This document shows positions 58,647-64,000 of a DNA stretch of 64,000 bases, in pieces. Numbering within the stretch: the first letter of the stretch is position 1; each line of letters starts with the position of its first letter. The position numbers and the translations under genes are program-made. The notes beneath the pieces are model-generated. The model was not told where the DNA came from. It ran no database searches and was given only the letters and a program-made list of their open reading frames with translations. This DNA comes from Pseudomonadota bacterium (GTDB lineage: Bacteria > Pseudomonadota > Alphaproteobacteria > CACIAM-22H2), in assembly GCA_052387815.1 (NCBI GenBank), contig JBQTIU010000024.1, positions 3,028-67,027 on the forward strand. The letters are read 5' to 3'.

Positions 58647-59242
58647 CGACCGTCAACGCCCTTGGTTCGTCGCTGGCCAAGGTCGAGCACCGCATGGCAG
58701 AGGGCAAGGTGGGACACTTCGACGAAGCCGTATTCCGCCGCGCCGACATGGAAGTTGAGGTCGCCCATGCGGCGCAACGGATTGTCCGCCGAAAAACCGC
58801 TGAGCGTGGCGACGAAGCAGTCCTTGGCCCGCGCCGCCTCGACCGCGCGCAGGATATTGGCCGAGCGCCCCGAGCTCGAAATGGCGATCAGCATGTCGCC
58901 CGGGCGGGCATGAAATTCGATCTGCTTGGCGAACACGCTCTCGTAGCCGAGATCGTTGCCAAGACAGGTCAGCGCCGCGCCGTCGTTGAAGGCAAGCGCG
59001 CGCAGGCCGCCGTTCTTCGAGTAGTCGATGGCGAGATGGCTGGCGATGCCGGCGCTGCCGCCGTTGCCTACGAACATCAGCTTGTTGCCCCGGCCATGCG
59101 CCGTCCGCGCCGCGCCGGCGAAATGGGAAAAAGCCACCTCGATGCCGATCGGCCGGCCCGCGCCGTCGCTCGCCGCGGTCTCCTCGAGGCAGCGATGCAG
59201 GGTCGCGAAATAGTCGGTGATGCGATCGAGCGGGATATCCAT
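58643..59242 (-). CDS. gmhA: SIS-domain phosphoheptose isomerase
   Basis: FVGNGGSAGIASH and SSSGRS motifs. The start is ATG 59242; an upstream in-frame TTG at 59281 is the alternative. Confidence 0.8.
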   Translation of the reverse strand: MDIPLDRITDYFATLHRCLEETAASDGAGRPIGIEVAFSHFAGAARTAHGRGNKLMFVGNGGSAGIASHLAIDYSKNGGLRALAFNDGAALTCLGNDLGYESVFAKQIEFHARPGDMLIAISSSGRSANILRAVEAARAKDCFVATLSGFSADNPLRRMGDLNFHVGAAEYGFVEVSHLALCHAVLDLGQRRTKGVDGR

Positions 59243-59327
59243 GTCGCGGTCCAAGGGTTCGAGGGGGGTCCTGTCAGGCAAAGCGCTGCGTGACCCGGCC
59301 GAGATATTGCGCGCAGTCGAAGATGTC
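59112..59327. repeat. direct repeat copy 1 (216 bp, about 97% identical to 60341-60556): gmhA 5' end plus GT2 3' end junction
   Basis: Base-by-base comparison shows about 6 mismatches over 216 bp. Homology continues at protein level into the GT2-like remnant. Confidence 0.7.
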
Positions 59328-59474
59328 GTTCAGTCCAAGCCTGTGGGCCTCGACGAACAGCCGGCCGGCACGCTCGCGCAAGAGCGCGAGCTTGCCCGCG
59401 AGGCGCTCGATCGCGTCGGCGTCGAGCTCGCGGTTGATGCGGCTCGCCTGCTTGAGATAGGTGCGAGCGTGGCT
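59274..59474 (-). pseudogene. remnant 3' end of a GT2 glycosyltransferase gene (C-terminal 66 codons only)
   Basis: It encodes ...INRELDADAIERLAGKLALLRERAGRLFVEAHRLGLNDIFDCAQYLGRVTQRFA. This aligns with the C-terminus of the GT2 at 60503..61717 (...INRALDGAPRRLVDALHFRFRRPSDRLWVEAQKLGLQDIFDCAQYLGRVTQRFA). Confidence 0.45.
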
Positions 59475-59506
59475 CATTCCGGTCTTCGCTGTCGTCCGCC
59501 GCCGGC

Positions 59507-60277
59507 TCAGGCGGCCGGGTCGTCCTCGATATAGGCGATGAAGGACTGGCCCCACCACCCCACCGACAGGTGGGGCGCGAAGCGAAAGCGGCTGCGGCGG
59601 CAAAATTCGCGGAAGGCCCGCGCGACGCCCTTGGCCGGCGAGCCCTTGTAGCCGGCGAACAGGTCGTCCATGTAAAGCACCGAGCCCTCCTGCAAGAGCG
59701 GCTCGATGAACTTGAACACCGGCACGGCCGACTCGTAGAGATCGCAATCGATAGTTGCGAGCGCGACCTTGTTCCCCTGGTCCAGGAAGCGGCGCTGCAA
59801 TTCGGGGGTCAGGCTATCGGCATAGAAGCCCGCGATCGGGTGGACGCGTTCCGACCAGATGCCGTGCGCCTGCACCATCCTCATGAAGTCCTCGACCGAG
59901 GTGGCCAGCGCGCCGCGTCGCCAAATTTCGTTGACCGGATTCGAGGTCGGCTGCGGCAGCCCTTCGAAGCTGTCGAAGGCGAAGAACTTCATCTCGGAAA
60001 AGTTGTAGCGGCGCGCCTCGGTCAAGGCCATGCGGAATGTCCGGCAGCGGTGGCAGCCATATTCGTGATAATCGCCAGTGATCCGATTCTCGCGGAGGAA
60101 GTCGAAGACTCGGCGGAAGAACAGGTACTTCTCGGTTTGCCGACTCATATGGGTATCAGCGATCTCCTGCTCGCGCCCCCAGTCCCGGAGCTCCGGCCCC
60201 GTCGCGAGCCGCACCCAGGGCTCGCCGTCCTGGGCCTCGATCCGCACCGGGGGCAAGTCGCGCCTCGGCTCGTTCAT
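59507..60277 (-). CDS. TylF/MycF-family (macrocin O-methyltransferase-like) sugar O-methyltransferase
   Basis: TylF-family pattern (YHEYGCHRCRTF...ATIDCDLYES...LYMDD) and 256 aa. Confidence 0.8.
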   Translation of the reverse strand: MNEPRRDLPPVRIEAQDGEPWVRLATGPELRDWGREQEIADTHMSRQTEKYLFFRRVFDFLRENRITGDYHEYGCHRCRTFRMALTEARRYNFSEMKFFAFDSFEGLPQPTSNPVNEIWRRGALATSVEDFMRMVQAHGIWSERVHPIAGFYADSLTPELQRRFLDQGNKVALATIDCDLYESAVPVFKFIEPLLQEGSVLYMDDLFAGYKGSPAKGVARAFREFCRRSRFRFAPHLSVGWWGQSFIAYIEDDPAA

Positions 60278-60471
60278 GGTATCCGTCTCCGCTTGGGTTC
60301 AGCTCTTGAGTGCCTGGGCCACTTGCATGGCCTGGTCGCCGCGCCGGCGAAACGGGAAAAAGCCACCTCGATGCCGATCGGCCGGCCCGCGCTGTCGCTC
60401 GCCGCGGTCTCCTCGAGGCAGCGATGGAGGATCGCGAAATAGTCGGTGATGCGATCGAGCGGGATGTCCAT
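60274..60471 (-). pseudogene. duplicated 5' fragment of gmhA (first about 50 codons) read through to a stop overlapping the TylF-family MT start
   Basis: It encodes MDIPLDRITDYFAILHRCLEETAASDSAGRPIGIEVAFSRFAGAA, then non-homologous sequence. It terminates at 60274, overlapping the ATG at 60277. Confidence 0.4.
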
Positions 60472-60556
60472 GTCGCGGTCCAAGGGTTCGAGGGGGGTCC
60501 TGTCAGGCAAAGCGCTGCGTGACCCGGCCGAGATATTGCGCGCAGTCGAAGATGTC
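60341..60556. repeat. direct repeat copy 2 (216 bp)
   Basis: See copy 1 at 59112..59327. Confidence 0.7.
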
Positions 60557-61717
60557 CTGCAAACCCAGCTTTTGGGCCTCCACCCACAGCCTGTCGGACG
60601 GACGCCGAAAGCGAAAGTGCAGCGCGTCGACGAGGCGCCGCGGCGCCCCGTCAAGCGCCCGGTTGATCGCCCGCGCCGCCGATCGCAGGGCCCCACGCGC
60701 CGGCGTCCCGGCCGCGACCCCCGCCGCCACCGCAGCCTGGATTTCGGCCGGCGCCTCGCCGAGCGCCGCGTGCCAGGCCGCCATTTCGGCGGCAACGTCG
60801 CGGCCCATCCCCTGCATCTCGCGGATGCCGCGCCAGCACGCGAGGAAATAATTGGCAAGGTCGAGGCGGTACGACCCCAGCCGTTCCGGCATGGCCGCCT
60901 GCAGGCGCAGAATCGTGTCCGCGCCGTCGGAGGGGAAAACGCTCATCAGCTTGATCGGCGCGCGCTCGATCCGCATGCCCGCCGTCATGCGAGTAAAGGT
61001 CCGGGGATCGGCGACATGGCCGCCCGAGGAATCGGGCGGGGCGCCGAGGACGGTGAGCGGCAAGTCGAGGCGCAGATGCTTGTGGCTGAAGGCGAGCGCG
61101 GCGGCGGCGGCCGAGGTCATGGGATCGATCGGCAGGAACAGCGCGCCGTCCAGGCGCTCGCGGATGCGCGCGATGAGCTCTCGCCGGTAGACGGCAAAGG
61201 GAAACAACGGCAGCTTGCGTTTCACGGCACCGGCCTTGCCGGTCCCCGAGGCGAACATCTCGGCCAGGAGCTCGGAAGCCTCGTAGACGAAACGCTGGCC
61301 GGAAAACGCGTTGTAACCGAAACGGATCGCGCCGCCGTTCCGCTGGCCGGGGCCTTCCATGTACCCCGCATGCGTCCACGAGACCGTGTCGATGTCGGCA
61401 TGGTCGCTAAGCTCGCGGTCGAGGATGGACAGCAGGTTCGGCGCGATCGCGTCATCTTCGCACAACAACACGTGGGCCTCGCCCCCGGCATGGGCGAACG
61501 CGAAGTTCCAGTGGTCGATGAGCGTCAGGTATTCGGACGGTCGCACGTAGCGGACCCGCGGGTCGGCGAAGCCGCGCACGAGGGCCTCGCAGCCCTCGTC
61601 GCTGTTGTCGGAGACCACCACCTCGAAGTCCTGGAAGCTCTGGGCGAGCGCGGAGCGAATCGCGCACGGCAACAGGCGCGGTCGCGTGGTCGTGATGACG
61701 ATCGAGAACTTAGCCAT
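60503..61717 (-). CDS. GT2-family glycosyltransferase
   Basis: MAKFSIVITTTRPRLLPCAIRSALAQSFQDFEVVVSDNSDEGC N-terminus with a DxD region, as in GT-A/GT2. Confidence 0.8.
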   Translation of the reverse strand: MAKFSIVITTTRPRLLPCAIRSALAQSFQDFEVVVSDNSDEGCEALVRGFADPRVRYVRPSEYLTLIDHWNFAFAHAGGEAHVLLCEDDAIAPNLLSILDRELSDHADIDTVSWTHAGYMEGPGQRNGGAIRFGYNAFSGQRFVYEASELLAEMFASGTGKAGAVKRKLPLFPFAVYRRELIARIRERLDGALFLPIDPMTSAAAAALAFSHKHLRLDLPLTVLGAPPDSSGGHVADPRTFTRMTAGMRIERAPIKLMSVFPSDGADTILRLQAAMPERLGSYRLDLANYFLACWRGIREMQGMGRDVAAEMAAWHAALGEAPAEIQAAVAAGVAAGTPARGALRSAARAINRALDGAPRRLVDALHFRFRRPSDRLWVEAQKLGLQDIFDCAQYLGRVTQRFA

Positions 61718-61753
61718 GGAGTGCTCCTCGGTCCGCGGTAGCGGAGGGTCGCC

Positions 61754-63097
61754 TCATCGGATGACAGGCTCGCCGGTCGTCGCGACCGCGCGGGCCTCGG
61801 CCCTGGCGGGGTCTGCGAGCCGCAGCCAGGCTGGCGAGATGCGCGATTCGGCGAGGGCGTACCAGAGGTGGTCGTGCGGCCTGACAATCTGCTCGATGGG
61901 CACGCCGTAGGGAATATCGGTCGCGATGCCGTCGAGGAAATCGCGGACCGCCGCCTCGATCTCGGCAGCGGCGTTCGACCGTACCGCGTATCCGTCGTGG
62001 CGGTACGACTGCGAGAGGTGCCTGAACGCGCGACGCGGGTCCACGGCCTGGCCCGCGGGGTCCTCCCAAAACTTGAAGAAGACGGTCGCGCGATAGCGCG
62101 TCTGGAAATAGGGGAAATTGTTGACGATCAGGGTCGGGATGCCGTTCACCCCGGGAAGCCAGGAGCCGCCGCCCGACTCGCCGACGAACAGATCCGCCTC
62201 CGTAGCAGCGAACAGCGAGAACAGAAATGGATCCTGTCCGAGGATGCGCGCATCGGCGAGCCAGCCCTCCGTCTCGCGCGCAAACTCGTCGGGAAGGTAT
62301 CGGTCCCCGATCATCAGGCATTGGTAGCCCGCATGAATGAGCGAACGGATCGCCGGCATCCACTCGATCACCACGGAACCCGACCGGCTGCCGGACTCCA
62401 ATTCCTGCTCCGATCCCTTCCATCGCAGATAAAGGCAGCAGAGCTTTCGCGCCTTGCGCTCCGACCGCGCGACCAGCCGGTCGAGCGCCACGCGGATCGG
62501 CTCGACGAGCGGCGCGGGGAGCCGTACCGGCGGGGCGGCCCGAGTACTGAGGAGGCGGAAATAGGCATGGACCGTATGCACCGAACGCGACTCCCGGGTC
62601 GGGTCGGCCTCGCCGTCGCCGCCGAAGCCGACGGACCGCAGCATCGCGAAGTGCAAATCCATCGCCGAGGCAAGGACGATCTTGTTCGGCCACAGCTTTC
62701 GTATCGCCGGAGCCAACAAGCCGCACAGCCATTCCTGAACGCGATATGGCACGCTCAGCGGCGGCCACCGGCCGCTGCGCCCAAGCTTGAAGCCGAAGGG
62801 CAGGAGATGGAGGCGCGGCACGGTCCACAACCTTGGCAGATACCAGTTCTGCACCTCCGGACTCGCGGCGAACAGGAGCGTGACCCGACGCCCCGGGTAC
62901 AGCCGCCGCAAGGCGTCAGGAAACACTATGAGATGCCCGAACCCGCCGCCTTCATTGATGACCACCACTTCCGCGCTCCGTATGTCGCGCCAGGCCCGGC
63001 ATACGCCGTACGCGACCCGCAGCAGGCTCACGGGAAGGACCAGCCACCGCGCCACCCCGTTCAGGCGCCAGCCGACAGCATGCAGAATCCGTCTCAT
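61754..63097 (-). CDS. hypothetical protein, possibly a GT-B (GT9 heptosyltransferase-like) glycosyltransferase
   Basis: 447 aa from ATG 63097. It has a weak GT9-like pattern (VVVINEGGGFGHLIVFPDALRRL ... FVGESGGGSWLPGVNGIPTLIV). The overlapping ORF 61710..62828 was rejected. Confidence 0.35.
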   Translation of the reverse strand: MRRILHAVGWRLNGVARWLVLPVSLLRVAYGVCRAWRDIRSAEVVVINEGGGFGHLIVFPDALRRLYPGRRVTLLFAASPEVQNWYLPRLWTVPRLHLLPFGFKLGRSGRWPPLSVPYRVQEWLCGLLAPAIRKLWPNKIVLASAMDLHFAMLRSVGFGGDGEADPTRESRSVHTVHAYFRLLSTRAAPPVRLPAPLVEPIRVALDRLVARSERKARKLCCLYLRWKGSEQELESGSRSGSVVIEWMPAIRSLIHAGYQCLMIGDRYLPDEFARETEGWLADARILGQDPFLFSLFAATEADLFVGESGGGSWLPGVNGIPTLIVNNFPYFQTRYRATVFFKFWEDPAGQAVDPRRAFRHLSQSYRHDGYAVRSNAAAEIEAAVRDFLDGIATDIPYGVPIEQIVRPHDHLWYALAESRISPAWLRLADPARAEARAVATTGEPVIR

Positions 63098-63099
63098 TG

Positions 63100-63249
63100 C
63101 TAGGTCGCGAACGGCCGGTAAATCGGGCCCCGCCGTCCTTCCTTCAGCAGCAGCATGGCGCCGTAGGCGAGCGGCAGCGCCAGGCGCCGGTAGCCGACAA
63201 GCCCCGCCATGCGGTCGAGGAAGCGCAGGAGCACGGGGTTCGACGCCAT
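63100..63249 (-). CDS. small ORF (49 aa) between the radical SAM gene and the GT9-like gene
   Basis: MASNPVLLRFLDRMAGLVGYRRLALPLAYGAMLLLKEGRRGPIYRPFAT. It has GAGGTG immediately upstream and its TAG stop is 2 nt before the next ATG. Whether it is really coding is uncertain. Confidence 0.2.
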   Translation of the reverse strand: MASNPVLLRFLDRMAGLVGYRRLALPLAYGAMLLLKEGRRGPIYRPFAT

Positions 63250-63338
63250 CACCTCGACCGAACCCTGGAACCGGTCGCGATGGAGCGGCTGGTCCGACAA
63301 ATACTTGTCGCAGAACCGGACGGTCTTGTCGGCTAAGG

Positions 63339-64000
63339 CTAGATTTCCCGCGGCGGGCGTTCCGCCGCATCGCCCCAGTGCTCGCCCGCCTTGTAGCAGC
63401 CCTGGCAGACCTTGGGGATGCGGCCGTCGAGATGGGCCTGGCGGAACGCCTCGTAGGCGGGGCCGAACCACGTTTTGGCGAAGCCGTCCGCGGCGCTGCC
63501 GATCTCCATCACGTCTGGGCTGCCGACATAGCAGCACGGCACGGTGCGCAGGTCCGACGACACGTAGGCCCGCTCGAACGGCCACGGGCACAGCGTGTTG
63601 AGTGACTCGATGCGGTACTTCTCGGTCACGTTCCAGAACCGGACCAGAAGGCCGAGCGCTGCCCCGCGGTCGACGAGCCTCAAGAGAGAATCCGGATCGA
63701 GCCGGTCGTCGACGGTGACCGCCTTGTTGCGCTCGCTCCAGCTCTCGACCCCAAAGTCGCTCAAGTTGAGCGAGAACACGAGCTGCGGGAAGCCGAGCTC
63801 CGCACCGAGGTCGACGAGGTTTTCGAGTTGCCGTACGTTGTCGTGCTGCACCACGACCCACATCTTGGTCCGCAGCCGGTCGACTCGGCGGGCGTAGTCG
63901 TTGACCGTCCGGCAGTTGGCAACGACGCGCCCGAACACCGAGCCGCGGCGGATCTTCTCGAAGGTTGCCTTGTCGGCGCCGTCGATCGAGATCTGCAGCT
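63339..64000 (-). CDS. radical SAM protein with C-terminal SPASM domain (5' end beyond the window)
   Basis: Cys-rich SPASM tail (CPWPF...VPCCYVGSPD...CQGCYKAGEHW). The ORF continues upstream to the window edge (...LQISIDGADKATFEKIRRGSVF). Confidence 0.55.
   Translation of the reverse strand, partial: LQISIDGADKATFEKIRRGSVFGRVVANCRTVNDYARRVDRLRTKMWVVVQHDNVRQLENLVDLGAELGFPQLVFSLNLSDFGVESWSERNKAVTVDDRLDPDSLLRLVDRGAALGLLVRFWNVTEKYRIESLNTLCPWPFERAYVSSDLRTVPCCYVGSPDVMEIGSAADGFAKTWFGPAYEAFRQAHLDGRIPKVCQGCYKAGEHWGDAAERPPREI

Noticed and set aside
61710-62828. 372-aa ORF overlapping the GT9-like gene
   Set aside because: It is an alternative frame of 61754..63097 on the same strand and its composition is low-complexity.

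Overview
High-GC (about 67-70%) chromosomal segment, probably from an alphaproteobacterium. It reads in three parts.

(1) Housekeeping block, 1-9.3 kb: MaoC-like dehydratase, an FkbM methyltransferase, a giant NAD-specific glutamate dehydrogenase of about 1622 aa, an MFS transporter, a gamma-class carbonic anhydrase, and an ArsR-SRPBCC regulator with an AT-rich promoter/operator.

(2) Small accessory island, 9.6-11.7 kb, on the minus strand: a HepT/MntA toxin-antitoxin pair and a DUF4143 AAA ATPase, sitting directly downstream of purH.

(3) From 13.5 kb to the window end: a surface-polysaccharide locus of at least 50 kb, most likely O-antigen/LPS or capsule. It is almost entirely on the minus strand and tightly translationally coupled, with many ATGA, TGATG and TTGA stop/start overlaps. 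It encodes four nucleotide-sugar pathways: UDP-4-amino-4,6-dideoxy-HexNAc (PglF/CapD-like dehydratase and a CBS-fused DegT aminotransferase); a CDP-6-deoxyhexose branch (RfbF, RfbG, an RmlC-like epimerase, two SDR enzymes) with a TPP-dependent E1 alpha/beta-like pair; a sialic-acid-like nonulosonate pathway (NeuC, NeuB, NeuA homologues plus a Capsule_synth-family putative transferase); and GDP-6-deoxy-heptose (GmhA, HddA, a fused HddC-GmhB, a 4,6-dehydratase, an RmlC-like epimerase) with a TylC3-like C-methyltransferase and a B12-binding radical SAM enzyme. It also carries about ten further methyltransferases (three FkbM, TylF-like, CmcI-like, several class I), GT2/GT4 glycosyltransferases including a methyltransferase-GT fusion, an O-antigen ligase/polymerase-family membrane protein, an AsnB-type amidotransferase, a heparinase II/III-like protein, a frameshifted acyltransferase-3 gene, REP-like repeats, and a 216-bp direct-repeat pair bracketing the TylF-like O-methyltransferase gene. 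No Wzx, Wzz or ABC exporter, integrase, transposase, tRNA, rRNA or CRISPR was found.

Many long GC-rich ORFs in the six-frame track are shadow or antisense artefacts.
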